DNA from: an uncultured cyanobacterium
Lineage (GTDB): Bacteria > Cyanobacteriota > Cyanobacteriia > PCC-9006 > JAAUQQ01
DNA: 64,000 nucleotides
NCBI GenBank assembly: GCA_963718615.1
Contig: OY970368.1
Coordinates: 5,792,001 to 5,856,000 of the forward strand
Direction of reading: 5' to 3'
This document shows, one piece after another, positions 39,440 through 51,286 of the stretch; positions within the stretch are counted from its first letter, which is position 1, and the number at the start of each line of letters is the position of its first letter. The notes below the pieces were generated by a model. It was not told the origin of the DNA and ran no database searches. It was given only the letters and a program-made list of their open reading frames with translations. The translations under genes were made by a program, and so were the position numbers.

Positions 39440-42400
39440 ATGACTGACCAGATCACCGTTGCACCCGCTCCCTTTGTTCTGCCAGACTTGGTTGAGATTC
39501 AGCGGGCCAGTTTTCGTTGGTTCCTGTCGGAGGGACTCATCGAAGAGCTCGAAAGCTTCTCTCCCATTACAGATTACACCGGTAAACTAGAGCTTCATTT
39601 TTTAGGTAAACAATACAAACTAAAAGCGCCCAAATACGACGTTGATGAAGCCAAACGTCGAGATGGTACCTATGCAGTTCAGCTTTATGTTCCGACTCGT
39701 CTGATTAACAAAGAAAACGGCGAGATCAAAGAACAAGAGGTTTTCATTGGCGATCTGCCCCTGATGACCGAGCGTGGTACCTTCATTATCAACGGTGCTG
39801 AGCGGGTGATTGTCAATCAGATCGTCCGCAGTCCAGGGGTTTATTACAAATCTGAAACGGATAAGCATGGACGTCGAACCTATAACGCCAGTCTCATTCC
39901 TAACCGAGGAGCCTGGCTTAAGTTTGAAACGGACAAAAACGATTTGGTCTGGGTGCGGATCGATAAGACCCGCAAGCTATCTGCTCAAGTTCTCCTCAAG
40001 GCCTTGGGGCTTACCGATAACGAAATCTTTGATGCCCTGCGCCATCCGGAATATTTCCAAAAAACCATTGAGAAAGAAGGGCAGTACAACGAAGATGACG
40101 CCCTCATGGAGCTCTACCGCAAGCTGCGGCCCGGTGAGCCTCCGACGATTTCCGGTGGCCGTCAATTGCTTGAATCCCGTTTCTTTGACCCCAAGCGCTA
40201 TGACCTAGGCCGGGTCGGTCGCTATAAGCTCAACCGCAAGCTGCATTTGACGGTGCCCGATGTGGTTCGGGTGCTCACGCCCCAGGATATCTTGGCCGCG
40301 ATCGACTACCTGATTAATTTGGAATTTGACATTGGCAGCATCGATGACATTGACCACCTGGGCAACCGTCGGGTTCGCTCCGTGGGTGAACTGCTGCAAA
40401 ACCAGGTACGGGTCGGTCTCAACCGCCTAGAGCGCATCATTCGGGAGCGCATGACCGTTTCCGATGCCGACTCTTTAACCCCCGCCTCATTGGTCAATCC
40501 CAAGCCGCTGGTCGCTGCAATTAAGGAATTCTTTGGGTCTTCCCAGCTCTCCCAGTTCATGGATCAAACCAATCCCCTAGCGGAGCTAACCCACAAGCGT
40601 CGTCTCAGTGCCCTTGGCCCTGGTGGCCTAACACGGGAGCGTGCCGGTTTTGCCGTGCGGGATATTCACCCGTCTCACTATGGGCGAATTTGCCCGATTG
40701 AAACGCCGGAAGGTCCCAACGCCGGTCTGATTGGCTCCTTGGCGACCCATGCCCGTGTCAACGACTATGGCTTCATCGAAACTCCGTTTAGCCGCGTCGA
40801 GAACGGTCGTGTGTGCCGAGAGATTGCGCCGCTTTACATGACCGCTGACGAAGAAGATGATCTGCGGGTGGCCCCCGGAGACGTTTCCACCGATGCGGAG
40901 GGCTACATTCTAGGCGAGACAGTTCCTGTCCGTTACCGACAAGATTTTACGGAAACAACCCCCGATCAAGTCGATTACGTGGCGATTTCGCCGGTGCAGA
41001 TCATTTCGGTGGCCACTTCGCTGATTCCCTTCCTGGAGCATGATGATGCGAACCGGGCGCTCATGGGGTCGAACATGCAGCGGCAGGCCGTGCCGCTGCT
41101 GCGGCCTGAGCGTCCGCTGGTGGGTACTGGCCTAGAAACCCAGGCGGCCCGTGACTCGGGGATGGTGATTGTGAGCCGTACGCCCGGTCGCGTGACCTAT
41201 GTGGATGCCAATCAGGTGATCGTTCGCGCGGACAGTGGCGAAGACATTGTCTATCCTTTGCAGAAATATCAGCGGTCCAACCAAGACACCTGCTTGAATC
41301 AGCGTCCCCTGGCCTTTGAGGGAGATGAGGTGGAAGTCGGTCAAGTCTTGGCCGATGGCTCTGCCACCGAAGGCGGTGAGCTGGCGCTGGGGCAGAACAT
41401 CCTCGTCGCCTATATGCCCTGGGAAGGCTACAACTACGAGGACGCCATTCTGATTAGCGAGCGGTTGGTGCAGGATGATGTCTACACCTCGATTCACATT
41501 GAGAAATACGAAATCGAAGCGCGGCAAACTAAGCTCGGTCCCGAAGAAATTACTCGTGAAATTCCCAACGTCGGTGAAGATGCCCTGCGTCAACTCGATG
41601 AAGGCGGCATTATTCGCATTGGGGCTTGGGTGGGCTCGGGTGACATCCTCGTCGGTAAAGTAACGCCGAAAGGGGAGTCGGATCAGCCGCCAGAAGAGAA
41701 GTTGCTACGCGCCATTTTTGGAGAAAAAGCGCGGGATGTGCGCGATAACTCCCTCCGGGTTCCCAACGGTGAAAAGGGTCGCGTCGTCGATGTACGGGTG
41801 TTTACTCGAGAACAGGGCGATGAACTGCCGCCGGGGGCCAATATGGTCGTTCGGGTTTACGTGGCGCAAAAACGCAAGATTCAGGTGGGCGATAAGATGG
41901 CAGGCCGCCACGGCAACAAGGGGATTATTTCCCGGATTTTGCCCGTGGAAGATATGCCTTATCTGCCCGATGGGACGCCCCTTGACATTGTGCTCAATCC
42001 CCTAGGTGTGCCTTCCCGGATGAATGTGGGCCAGGTGTTTGAATGTCTGTTGGGCTGGGCCGGTCATAACCTCAATACTCGCTTTAAGCTGACGCCGTTT
42101 GACGAGATGCACGGGGCGGAAGCGTCTCGGCTAACGGTTCACGGCAAGCTAGAGGCGGCTCGCAAACGAACAGGTAATCCTTGGGTGTACAACCCCGATG
42201 ATCCTGGCAAAATCCAGGTGTATGACGGGCGGACAGGGGAACCGTTCGATCGTGCAGTCACTGTTGGCAAAGCCTACATGCTCAAACTGGTTCACTTGGT
42301 GGATGACAAGATCCACGCTCGGTCGACGGGTCCCTACTCCTTGGTCACCCAGCAGCCCTTGGGCGGTAAGGCGCAACAGGGTGGTCAGCGGTTTGGAGAA

Positions 42401-42736
42401 ATGGAAGTGTGGGCGCTGGAAGCCTTTGGCGCTGCCTATACGCTCCAGGAGCTGTTGACGGTGAAGTCCGATGATATGCAGGGTCGGAATGAAGCGCTGA
42501 ACGCGATTGTCAAGGGTAAGGCCATTCCTAAACCGGGAACGCCGGAGTCCTTCAAGGTCTTGATGCGTGAGCTTCAGTCCCTCTGCTTGGACATTGCGGT
42601 GCACAAGCTAGACTCCCAGGCCGATGGCTTAGAACGAGATACCGAGGTGGATCTAATGGTCGATGTGGGCGGACGTCGGGCTCCAAGCCGACCCACCTAT
42701 GAATCGATTTCTCGGGACGACGGGGACGAAGGTTAG
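39440..42736 (+). CDS. rpoB: RNA polymerase beta subunit
   Basis: [26 protein letters not shown]. Confidence 0.99.
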   Translation: MTDQITVAPAPFVLPDLVEIQRASFRWFLSEGLIEELESFSPITDYTGKLELHFLGKQYKLKAPKYDVDEAKRRDGTYAVQLYVPTRLINKENGEIKEQEVFIGDLPLMTERGTFIINGAERVIVNQIVRSPGVYYKSETDKHGRRTYNASLIPNRGAWLKFETDKNDLVWVRIDKTRKLSAQVLLKALGLTDNEIFDALRHPEYFQKTIEKEGQYNEDDALMELYRKLRPGEPPTISGGRQLLESRFFDPKRYDLGRVGRYKLNRKLHLTVPDVVRVLTPQDILAAIDYLINLEFDIGSIDDIDHLGNRRVRSVGELLQNQVRVGLNRLERIIRERMTVSDADSLTPASLVNPKPLVAAIKEFFGSSQLSQFMDQTNPLAELTHKRRLSALGPGGLTRERAGFAVRDIHPSHYGRICPIETPEGPNAGLIGSLATHARVNDYGFIETPFSRVENGRVCREIAPLYMTADEEDDLRVAPGDVSTDAEGYILGETVPVRYRQDFTETTPDQVDYVAISPVQIISVATSLIPFLEHDDANRALMGSNMQRQAVPLLRPERPLVGTGLETQAARDSGMVIVSRTPGRVTYVDANQVIVRADSGEDIVYPLQKYQRSNQDTCLNQRPLAFEGDEVEVGQVLADGSATEGGELALGQNILVAYMPWEGYNYEDAILISERLVQDDVYTSIHIEKYEIEARQTKLGPEEITREIPNVGEDALRQLDEGGIIRIGAWVGSGDILVGKVTPKGESDQPPEEKLLRAIFGEKARDVRDNSLRVPNGEKGRVVDVRVFTREQGDELPPGANMVVRVYVAQKRKIQVGDKMAGRHGNKGIISRILPVEDMPYLPDGTPLDIVLNPLGVPSRMNVGQVFECLLGWAGHNLNTRFKLTPFDEMHGAEASRLTVHGKLEAARKRTGNPWVYNPDDPGKIQVYDGRTGEPFDRAVTVGKAYMLKLVHLVDDKIHARSTGPYSLVTQQPLGGKAQQGGQRFGEMEVWALEAFGAAYTLQELLTVKSDDMQGRNEALNAIVKGKAIPKPGTPESFKVLMRELQSLCLDIAVHKLDSQADGLERDTEVDLMVDVGGRRAPSRPTYESISRDDGDEG

Positions 42737-42744
42737 TTCAGATG

Positions 42745-42818
42745 GGGTGGGTGGTTCGCGAAGGAGCAAGTCCCTAGGACTATTGGGCGCGCCCTGGATT
42801 TGCTCCTGCTACCTGCCC
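42745..42818 (+). other. Long imperfect stem-loop in rpoB-rpoC1 spacer
   Basis: aggagcaagtcc pairs with ggatttgctcct; gggtgggtgg pairs with ctacctgccc (G-U allowed). Confidence 0.5.
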
Positions 42819-42931
42819 GGTTGATTGTGAGATATCGATATCGCTCTTTTAGGCCGCAGCCTTGAGGGCATGGCTTGGATTGATCTCACTGCGCAAGCCC
42901 TCGAACGTTATATGCAAGGAAGCGATCGCTG

Positions 42932-44806
42932 ATGGCAAAGCTAGAACAACGGTTTGATTACGTCAAAATTGGGTTGGCCTCTCCCGAGCGCATTCGCCAA
43001 TGGGGTGAACGGACGCTGCCCAATGGTCAGGTTGTGGGCGAAGTTACAAAACCGGAAACGATTAACTACCGAACGCTCAAGCCTGAAATGGACGGGCTGT
43101 TCTGTGAACGAATTTTTGGCCCCGCTAAGGACTGGGAATGCCACTGCGGTAAGTACAAGCGGGTGCGGCATCGGGGCATTGTTTGTGAACGCTGTGGTGT
43201 TGAAGTGACCGAGTCGCGGGTGCGGCGTCACCGCATGGGCTATATCAAGCTCGCTGCTCCGGTGGCCCATGTTTGGTATCTCAAGGGGATTCCGAGCTAT
43301 ATCGCCATCCTCATGGATATGCCCCTGCGCGATGTGGAGCAAATTGTTTACTTCAATGCTTACGTTGTTCTGGATCCGGGCAACCATCCCGATTTGCAGC
43401 TCAAGCAACTGCTCAATGAAGACCAGTGGATGGAGCTAGAAGAACAGATCTACGGTGAAGAATCTGATCTCGAAGGCATTGAGGTCGGCATCGGGGCAGA
43501 AGCGCTTCAGCGACTGCTGCAAGACCTGGATTTGGATTCGGAAGCGGAGCGTCTGCGGGAGGAGATTGCGGCGTCCAAAGGTCAAAAACGGGCCAAGTTG
43601 ATCAAACGCCTACGGGTGATCGACAACTTTATTGCGACGGGCTCTAAGCCAGACTGGATGGTCCTCAGCGTGATTCCGGTGATTCCACCGGATTTACGTC
43701 CGATGGTGCAGTTGGACGGGGGCCGGTTTGCGACCTCCGACTTGAACGACCTCTATCGTCGGGTGATCAACCGCAATAACCGTTTGGCGAGGCTTCAGGA
43801 GATCTTGGCTCCGGAAATTATTGTCCGGAACGAAAAACGGATGCTCCAGGAAGCGGTGGATGCGTTGATTGATAACGGTCGTCGGGGGCGCACGGTGGTC
43901 GGGGCCAACAACCGTCCACTCAAGTCCCTCTCAGACATTATTGAAGGGAAGCAAGGTCGTTTCCGGCAAAACCTCCTGGGCAAACGGGTGGACTACTCGG
44001 GACGTTCGGTCATCGTCGTGGGTCCGAACCTCAAAATTCACCAGTGTGGGTTGCCTCGGGAGATGGCGATCGAGCTGTTCCAGCCCTTTGTCATCCACCG
44101 TCTCATTCGCCAAGGCTTGGTGAACAACATCAAGGCCGCAAAAAAGATGATCCAAAAGGGCGACCCCATGGTCTGGAGTGTCCTCGAAGAAGTCATTGAT
44201 GGCCACCCCGTCATGCTCAACCGAGCACCGACGCTCCACCGTTTGGGGATTCAGGCCTTTGAACCAATTTTGGTTCCCGGTCGAGCGATTCAGCTACATC
44301 CCTTGGTGTGTCCCGCCTTTAACGCAGACTTTGACGGCGACCAAATGGCGGTTCACGTGCCGCTGTCGCTTGAATCCCAATCAGAAGCACGCTTGCTCAT
44401 GCTGGCTTCTAATAATGTGCTGTCCCCCGCCACGGGTGCGCCGATTATTACGCCGAGCCAGGACATGGTCTTGGGGTGCTACTACCTTACCGCTGAAAAT
44501 CCGGTGGATACGAAGGGCAAAGACCATTACTTTGCTTCGCTGGATGATGTCATTGTGGCGTTTGAACAGGGGATCATCGGGATTCATGCCTACGTCTGGG
44601 TTCGTTTTGAAGGTGACATGTTGACCTCAAAAGCGGAAGGTGAGCCTAAGGAAGTCCAGCAAGGGGATGACGGCATCGTCACCAAGCTCTATGACTATCG
44701 ACGGGTACGAGAGGATGGGGAAGGCAATCTCATTTCCCAATACATTTACACAACTCCGGGACGGGTCATTTTGAATAAGACCCTGCATGATGTCCTGCTG
44801 AAGTAG
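42932..44806 (+). CDS. rpoC1: RNA polymerase gamma subunit
   Basis: Zn-binding CHCGK...CERC, NADFDGD catalytic motif. Confidence 0.99.
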   Translation: MAKLEQRFDYVKIGLASPERIRQWGERTLPNGQVVGEVTKPETINYRTLKPEMDGLFCERIFGPAKDWECHCGKYKRVRHRGIVCERCGVEVTESRVRRHRMGYIKLAAPVAHVWYLKGIPSYIAILMDMPLRDVEQIVYFNAYVVLDPGNHPDLQLKQLLNEDQWMELEEQIYGEESDLEGIEVGIGAEALQRLLQDLDLDSEAERLREEIAASKGQKRAKLIKRLRVIDNFIATGSKPDWMVLSVIPVIPPDLRPMVQLDGGRFATSDLNDLYRRVINRNNRLARLQEILAPEIIVRNEKRMLQEAVDALIDNGRRGRTVVGANNRPLKSLSDIIEGKQGRFRQNLLGKRVDYSGRSVIVVGPNLKIHQCGLPREMAIELFQPFVIHRLIRQGLVNNIKAAKKMIQKGDPMVWSVLEEVIDGHPVMLNRAPTLHRLGIQAFEPILVPGRAIQLHPLVCPAFNADFDGDQMAVHVPLSLESQSEARLLMLASNNVLSPATGAPIITPSQDMVLGCYYLTAENPVDTKGKDHYFASLDDVIVAFEQGIIGIHAYVWVRFEGDMLTSKAEGEPKEVQQGDDGIVTKLYDYRRVREDGEGNLISQYIYTTPGRVILNKTLHDVLLK

Positions 44807-44868
44807 GGCGCGATCGCAAATCACGGTTTGTTGCACAGTTTGGTAAAGAGTGGCGAGACGGCAGACAC

Positions 44869-47800
44869 ATGGCAGATCAAAACGGTTCCAATCAAGCAAA
44901 GAAAGCGGTTTTTCATAACCGCGTGATCGATAAGTCTCAGCTCAAAAAGCTGATTGCTTCATCGTTCATCAACCACGGCACGGCACGGACGGCTCAGGTT
45001 GCAGATGAACTTAAGGACCTCGGCTTCAAATACGCCACCAAGGCTGGAGTTTCCATCAGCGTAGATGACCTCAAAGTTCCCCCAGAAAAGCGGGAAATGC
45101 TAGAGGCGGCTGAAGAGGAGATCCGGGAGACAGAAGCCCGCTACAGCCGAGGGGAGATTACCGAAGTTGAACGCTTCCAAAAGGTAATTGACACCTGGAG
45201 TATCACCAGTGAAGAACTCAAAGACCAGGTGGTCGAGAACTTCACCAAAAACAACCCGCTTAACTCCGTCTATATGATGGCGTTCTCGGGGGCGAGGGGA
45301 AATATCTCCCAGGTGCGTCAGCTGGTGGGGATGCGCGGTCTGATGGCGAATCCCCAGGGGGAAATTATTGACTTGCCGATTAAGACCAACTTCCGCGAAG
45401 GTCTGACGGTGACGGAGTACATTATTTCCTCCTACGGTGCCCGGAAAGGTCTGGTGGATACGGCATTGCGGACGGCGGACTCGGGGTATTTGACCCGACG
45501 TTTGGTGGACGTTTCCCAGGATGTGATTGTGCGGGAGCATGATTGTGGCACGGTCCGGGGTCGTTGGGTGACGGCGATGAAGGATGGCGATCGCACCCGG
45601 ATTCGTCTGGGCGATCGCCTGCTCGGTCGTGTCATTGGTGAAGATGTCATCCATCCCGAAACGGGCGAAGTGGTCGCTGCCCGCAATCAGGATCTGTCCG
45701 CAGAATTGGCGGAGGCGATCGATCGTTCTGGGGTGGAGCGCGTGTTTGTGCGATCGCCCCTCACCTGCGAGGCGGCCCGGTCGGTGTGTCAGCTCTGCTA
45801 CGGCTGGAGCTTGGCCCATGCCCAGTTGGTGGATATGGGTGAAGCCGTTGGGATTATTGCCGCCCAGTCCATTGGGGAACCGGGGACCCAGCTGACGATG
45901 CGGACGTTCCACACCGGGGGCGTCTTTACCGGCGAGGTGGCTCGCCTAGAGCGGACTAAAGCCGCAGGCGAAGTCAAGTTTTCCAATAAAGCTCGGACCC
46001 GCCCCTTCCGCACCCGCCACGGGGAAGAAGCGCTGATGGCGGAAGGCAAATTTGACATTACGATTGCGGCGGGCAGCAAAAAGCACGTCGTGACGGTGCT
46101 TCAGGGTTCGACCATCTTCGTCAGGGATGGCGATGTGGTGCAAAAGAACGACAAAGTGGCGGAAGTTCCAGTGGGGGGCAATACCCGTCGCTCCACCGAA
46201 AAGGCAACCAAGGACGTTGCAGCGGATTTGGCCGGTGAAGTGCGCTTTGCGGATATTTCTCCAGAAGAGAAGAAAGACCGCCAGGGCAACAGTACTCGCA
46301 TCGCCCAACGGGGGGGCTTGGTTTGGGTCTTAGCGGGTGAGGTGTATAACCTACCGCCAGGGGCCGAGCCGACGGTGAAAAATGGCGATCGCGTCGAAGC
46401 CGGGGACGTCCTCTCAGAGACCCGTCTCACCACCGAGCATGGGGGGATCGTGCGGCTACCCAATCCGGAAGAGGGCAATCGCGAAGTGGAAATCATCACC
46501 GCTTCAGTTCTGCTTGACCAAGCCCGCGTCCATGCCGAAACCTCCCAGGGACGGGAACATTACATCCTTGAAACCTCCGATGGCCAGCAGTTCAACCTCA
46601 ACACCACACCGGGCACCAAGGTGACCAACGGCCAGGTCGTTGCGGAGCTGATCAGCGACACCTATCGCACCAATACCGGTGGCATCATCAAATATGCTGG
46701 CGTTGAAGTGGGCAAGAAAGGCCGTTCCAAGGTGGGCTACGAAGTCCAGCAGGGCGGAACGCTACTCTGGATTCCGGAGGAAGCCCACGAGGTCAATAAG
46801 GACATCTCGCTGCTGATGGTCGAGGACGGCCAGTTTGTGGAAGCGGGAACCGAAGTGGTCAAGGATATCTTCTGCAACAGCAGCGGGATCGTCGAAGTCA
46901 CCCAGAAAAACGACATTCTGCGGGAAATTGTCATCAAACCGGGCGACCTGCACATGTTGGACAATCCCAAGGATCTCAAGGTCAAAGGGGGAGCCTTTGC
47001 CAATCCCGGCGAGGAGGTGCTGCCGGGGGTCGTGGTGGAGGACATGCGCTATGTCGATCAGGTGATGATGCCTGAGGGCGACGCCATTTTGCTCCGGCCC
47101 GTGATCGAGTATCAGGTGCCCGATGAACCCTCGGTGCCCAGCCAGGACTCCAGCGATGGCAGCGGTCATTCCATCCAGTTGAAAGTGATTCAGCGGATTC
47201 CCTTCAAGGATGGGGAGCGCGTCAAGTCGGTGAACGGTTTGGATCTATTGCGGACCCAACTGGTACTGTCGATGGACACCGAATCCTCCCAAATGGTGGC
47301 GGATATTGAACTGATGGAAGACCCGAACGAAGCGGGGATTCTGCGGTTACAGATGGTGATCTTGGAATCTCTGGTCCTGCGGCGGGATGTTTCCGCTGAT
47401 GCAGTCCAGGGCAGCACCCAAACCCGTCTACTGGTGACCGATGGTGAGGAAATCGAGCCGGGAGCTGTAGTGGCCCGCACGGAAAGTCTCTGTAAAGAGG
47501 CCGGTATCATTCGCGGAATTCGCGAAGGGGCTGAGGCGGTGCGCCGGATTTTGATCGAACGGGAGGCCGATCGCCAGGACGTTTCGATCGAAGGCAAAAC
47601 AGCCTTGGTGAAAGCGGGTGACCTGGTGGTTGCGGGTCAGGCGATCGCCGAAGGCATTGTTCTCGAAGAATCAGGACATGTCCTAGATGTCACCGCCGAC
47701 AAAGTGGTCCTACGCTTGGCACGCCCCTATCGGGTTTCGCCCGGTGCCGTCCTCCATGTGGATGATGGCAGTCTGGTTCAGCGGGGGGATAACCTCGTGC

Positions 47801-48813
47801 TGCTCGTGTTTGAACGGGCCAAAACCGGCGATATCATCCAGGGTCTACCGAGAATTGAGGAATTGCTGGAAGCTCGGAAACCCAAAGAAGCCTGTATTCT
47901 GGCCGCTCGTGCGGGGCAAGCCCAGGTGGTCTACGACGAGGGTGATACGGTCGAAGTTAAGGTGATCGAAGCGGATGGGACGGTGTCGGATTATCCGATT
48001 AACCCCAACCAGAAGAGCGTCATCGTTGCCGATGGCCAGCAGGTGGGTCCGGCGGAAGCCATTACCGATGGTCCTTCAAACCCCCATGAAATCCTGGAGA
48101 TCTTCTATAGCCATTTCCGCGAAAAGCTGCCCACTTACGAAGCCTCCCTTGCGAGCTTGGAAAAGGTGCAGTCGTTCTTGGTGAACGAGGTTCAGTCGGT
48201 GTACCAATCCCAGGGGATTGATATTTCTGACAAGCACATTGAGGTGATTGTCCGTCAGATGAGTTCCAAGGCTCGGATCGACGATGGCGGCGACACCACG
48301 ATGCTACCGGGCGAATTGGTCGAACTGCGCCAGGTGGATCAGGTGAACCAAGCTATGGCCATTACGGGCGGCGCTCCGGCGGAATACACCCCGGTGCTGC
48401 TCGGGATTACCAAGGCCTCGCTCAACACCGATAGCTTTATCTCGGCGGCGAGCTTCCAGGAAACTACGCGGGTCCTGACTGAGGCGGCGATCCAAGGCAA
48501 ATCCGATTGGCTGCGGGGTCTGAAGGAAAACGTGATCATTGGACGCCTCATTCCTGCCGGGACGGGCTTCAATGCCTACGAGGAAAGCCTCAATGCTTCC
48601 CCCGACTACGACTTTAGCTACGATGGGGGGGGCGTTTTGCCCGATGAAGCGGAGCTCAAGGATGTGGTGCTCGATGATGAGACGGCACGGGTCTATGGTT
48701 TGGATCCGAGCTTAGATAATCGCGGCTTGGGGTTTGATGCCATGGGGGGGGGCGATCGCCGTCTTCTCCTGGATGACGAAGAGCTGATCGATGACAACTC
48801 CTTAGCTGAATAG
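44869..48813 (+). CDS. rpoC2: RNA polymerase beta' subunit
   Basis: [27 protein letters not shown], large SI3 insertion, [17 protein letters not shown]. Confidence 0.99.
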   Translation: MADQNGSNQAKKAVFHNRVIDKSQLKKLIASSFINHGTARTAQVADELKDLGFKYATKAGVSISVDDLKVPPEKREMLEAAEEEIRETEARYSRGEITEVERFQKVIDTWSITSEELKDQVVENFTKNNPLNSVYMMAFSGARGNISQVRQLVGMRGLMANPQGEIIDLPIKTNFREGLTVTEYIISSYGARKGLVDTALRTADSGYLTRRLVDVSQDVIVREHDCGTVRGRWVTAMKDGDRTRIRLGDRLLGRVIGEDVIHPETGEVVAARNQDLSAELAEAIDRSGVERVFVRSPLTCEAARSVCQLCYGWSLAHAQLVDMGEAVGIIAAQSIGEPGTQLTMRTFHTGGVFTGEVARLERTKAAGEVKFSNKARTRPFRTRHGEEALMAEGKFDITIAAGSKKHVVTVLQGSTIFVRDGDVVQKNDKVAEVPVGGNTRRSTEKATKDVAADLAGEVRFADISPEEKKDRQGNSTRIAQRGGLVWVLAGEVYNLPPGAEPTVKNGDRVEAGDVLSETRLTTEHGGIVRLPNPEEGNREVEIITASVLLDQARVHAETSQGREHYILETSDGQQFNLNTTPGTKVTNGQVVAELISDTYRTNTGGIIKYAGVEVGKKGRSKVGYEVQQGGTLLWIPEEAHEVNKDISLLMVEDGQFVEAGTEVVKDIFCNSSGIVEVTQKNDILREIVIKPGDLHMLDNPKDLKVKGGAFANPGEEVLPGVVVEDMRYVDQVMMPEGDAILLRPVIEYQVPDEPSVPSQDSSDGSGHSIQLKVIQRIPFKDGERVKSVNGLDLLRTQLVLSMDTESSQMVADIELMEDPNEAGILRLQMVILESLVLRRDVSADAVQGSTQTRLLVTDGEEIEPGAVVARTESLCKEAGIIRGIREGAEAVRRILIEREADRQDVSIEGKTALVKAGDLVVAGQAIAEGIVLEESGHVLDVTADKVVLRLARPYRVSPGAVLHVDDGSLVQRGDNLVLLVFERAKTGDIIQGLPRIEELLEARKPKEACILAARAGQAQVVYDEGDTVEVKVIEADGTVSDYPINPNQKSVIVADGQQVGPAEAITDGPSNPHEILEIFYSHFREKLPTYEASLASLEKVQSFLVNEVQSVYQSQGIDISDKHIEVIVRQMSSKARIDDGGDTTMLPGELVELRQVDQVNQAMAITGGAPAEYTPVLLGITKASLNTDSFISAASFQETTRVLTEAAIQGKSDWLRGLKENVIIGRLIPAGTGFNAYEESLNASPDYDFSYDGGGVLPDEAELKDVVLDDETARVYGLDPSLDNRGLGFDAMGGGDRRLLLDDEELIDDNSLAE

Positions 48814-48875
48814 GGTTAGCGTTAACCGCTAGACCGCTAGACCGTTAATCACGCTAAGTTCTAGCCTCATTGCTT

Positions 48876-48907
48876 GCTCCCTGGGCCATGGCCCAGGGAG
48901 CTTTTTT
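48876..48907 (+). terminator. Intrinsic terminator of the rpo operon
   Basis: gctccctgggccatggcccagggagc palindrome followed by tttttt. Confidence 0.9.
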
Positions 48908-48999
48908 GTCAGAACCCGACTGACTGCCACGCAGTCCGATACTTAGAATCGTGGATTAAATTAAGATATAACTTTCCATTCCAAGTAACTGGTAGATAG

Positions 49000-49171
49000 A
49001 TGCAACCCTACCTAGACGAAATAGACGCGAAGATGCAACGCTACCCATCAATCGTTGTCGGAGAAGGAGCGTCGTCGCTATGCGGCGATTGAAGCAGTGA
49101 AATTAGGATATGGAGGGCAAGTGGACACCCGAGGTTTGTTTGGATGTCATCACAACACCTTGCCCGATTAA
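49000..49171 (+). pseudogene. ISAzo13-family transposase 5' remnant (frameshifted, truncated)
   Basis: MQPYLDEIDAKMQRY / frameshift / HQSLSEKERRRYAAIEAVKLGYGGQ...LFGCHHNT; LSEK.RRRYAA.EA.KLG.GG is recalled as the ISAzo13 N-terminal motif. Confidence 0.7.
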
Positions 49172-51045
49172 ATTGAAAAATGACATGTGTGTGTGTTTTC
49201 TGTTTGGTCTGCAATCACTTTCCCATAGACTACCAAGTCTGCTTTTAGGCTGACTTCAAGGTCGTCAGCAGAGCGGAAAACATTCACTATCAAGTTAGGA
49301 TGGCGTCTAGCCAGTTGTAATCCAACTAGGCGTTCATAAAACTGACTTTTATGAACGCCCTTGCAGCCAACAACAGCAATGCTTCGAATATTTTCTAGTT
49401 GACTAGCGTTGGACACCGTAAAACTACCCGATGGGAACGAACGAAGGTCAAACGTTTTGTGGATATGTAAGACGACATGCAAGACAGCCACTAACATCAC
49501 TACTCTATATATCCAAGTAGGCTTGCTTGCTAATTGCTTTCTCCCCCACAAGAGCAGGGGCAAGAGGCCGAAAATAGCTAAAGGATAGATAATAGAGATA
49601 GCAATCTTCATCAGACGATATGTGCTTTCAAGGGGGATGTGTGCCAACAAATAGCTACTATATATCCCCACTCCAACAAGTCCTGCGGCCAGGTCTCGCT
49701 TCTTACTAGATCTGTAGAGATGAAGCAAATTCCAGCCAATGAAACTACTAAATACAAGCCCTATGATGACATTAATATAAAGCCCGAAGTCCTTTGCAGA
49801 AGCCATTGGTTTTGGCTTTTCCTGTAAAAGGCTCCAAGGATTCAATGGGACAAAATTGGAGCCATGCTCCTTTGTAAAGTTCAAACTTTTTCTGACTTCC
49901 TGAAAATTCAGTTGAGAGGAGAATAAAAGACAAAAAAGTATTCCACAACCAATGATAATGAATATGAGCTTAAGAATGATTCCACGTGTTCTCGCTGAGT
50001 CTCGAAATGGCACGTAAATCCCAATTGTCCCAATGAATACGAGGATAATTATTGGAATAAATGCTGGATAGAATGAAAACACGATCGTCAATATTGAGAA
50101 GAAGAAGACCAGGCTTTCTGGCGTATCAACTTTGTTGGCTATCGCAAGTTGTCTAGCTTCTCTAAAGGTCAACGCAGTGATCATCACAAACAGTGCATTT
50201 GAGAAATAGGAACTGACCATGAGCCAATAGAGGGGCGGGGAACTCAAAACCCAGGCCATTAGTAGTAGTCTTTCTACTGACATTCCCTGGGTTTTCGGAC
50301 ATCGGACATCCATCCATTCCCGAAATAAACAGATCAATAACGTTCCACCCAACGTGCTTTGAAAGACGGCTATTCCCAACGATGAGCCCTGAAACGGGTA
50401 TGAGATCAAAGAGCCAAGAAATGAACTGAATTTCTTGGGGCTACCTAACAGGAATGCACAGGCTGAATGATCTATAAAGGTGAAACTATCGGATCCACCA
50501 TAAAAAGACAGCTTGTCGGTCGTGAATGCCGCAATACGCTGAACATATGCCCACATGTCCGGATTTGTATTGGAAATCATGTAGTCAAGATTGACTTTGT
50601 GATTGAGGGTTGCCCAGAAGGCGAAACTCAAGCACCAGAGAAGACCATAGAGTATTACCGTTGAATGTTGCTTAATAACCTGAATACCGAACAGGTCGAA
50701 TTGTCTTTTAACGACAGTAGGAATAAATAGATATAGGAGGGTAAGGGCTAGCTCTAGAAGTGCGGTGGCGTAGACACTATTGAAACATTGACTTAATGTT
50801 GCTGTTGTAATGCTTAAAAGCGCTACGGGCATCAATCCAGTGACGCAAATTGCCGCCATGGAAACACCGTCATATAAAGAATATGGCTTCTTAATTTGAA
50901 TGTTTTCTTCTGTGGTGATAAAACCGCGAAGCGTAAAAAGATAGTAAAAAATAATTTTCCCATTGTAATGACAGACAAGCCATAGCTGATAAATAGCGAT
51001 TACACTATAAAAAAACAGCGAAGCCAGGAATATTATCTCTTTCAT
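49168..51045 (-). CDS. AT-rich orphan polytopic membrane protein, possibly a GT-C-fold glycosyltransferase
   Basis: 625-aa ORF with many hydrophobic segments, NPDMWAY loop motif and soluble C-terminus; the function is inferred. Confidence 0.7.
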   Translation of the reverse strand: MKEIIFLASLFFYSVIAIYQLWLVCHYNGKIIFYYLFTLRGFITTEENIQIKKPYSLYDGVSMAAICVTGLMPVALLSITTATLSQCFNSVYATALLELALTLLYLFIPTVVKRQFDLFGIQVIKQHSTVILYGLLWCLSFAFWATLNHKVNLDYMISNTNPDMWAYVQRIAAFTTDKLSFYGGSDSFTFIDHSACAFLLGSPKKFSSFLGSLISYPFQGSSLGIAVFQSTLGGTLLICLFREWMDVRCPKTQGMSVERLLLMAWVLSSPPLYWLMVSSYFSNALFVMITALTFREARQLAIANKVDTPESLVFFFSILTIVFSFYPAFIPIIILVFIGTIGIYVPFRDSARTRGIILKLIFIIIGCGILFCLLFSSQLNFQEVRKSLNFTKEHGSNFVPLNPWSLLQEKPKPMASAKDFGLYINVIIGLVFSSFIGWNLLHLYRSSKKRDLAAGLVGVGIYSSYLLAHIPLESTYRLMKIAISIIYPLAIFGLLPLLLWGRKQLASKPTWIYRVVMLVAVLHVVLHIHKTFDLRSFPSGSFTVSNASQLENIRSIAVVGCKGVHKSQFYERLVGLQLARRHPNLIVNVFRSADDLEVSLKADLVVYGKVIADQTENTHTCHFSI

Positions 51046-51049
51046 AAAA

Positions 51050-51245
51050 ATGCGGTGTGCAACTAATGACTTGAAAGAAAAGCCTTATCGTTGAAAGCTA
51101 GAGCTAATGAAAAAGTTAGAGCTCTAGCCAGGCAAGGCAATGTTTGAAATTGATGAATTCATCATCGCTGTTTTTCTTTGCGTAGAGTAGCATCTGTCTG
51201 CTGTGCTGGTCGCTCACCCGCCTTGTGCTCGGGGCTTTGCCCCTG
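51050..51245 (+). mobile_element. IS982-family left-end remnant (candidate terminal repeat + transposase N-terminus with stop)
   Basis: atgcggtgtgcaac candidate end at 51050; ATG 51140 MFEIDEFIIAVFLCVE*HLSAVLVAHPPCARGFAP resembles the IS982 transposase start (FIIAVF.....RGF.P). Confidence 0.65.
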
Positions 51246-51286
51246 TTCGGTGCGTTAGGGCGCATTGCGCTTTTGGTTCTGGCGGC

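Noticed and set aside
42932-48813. Split rpoC, large insertion or possible intein
   Set aside because: The rpoC1/rpoC2 split and the SI3 insertion are normal in cyanobacteria; lengths are typical and I saw no intein motifs
51246-51272. ggtgcgttagggcgcattgcgc as a REP-like element
   Set aside because: Single short fragment with no second copy or RAYT gene in the window
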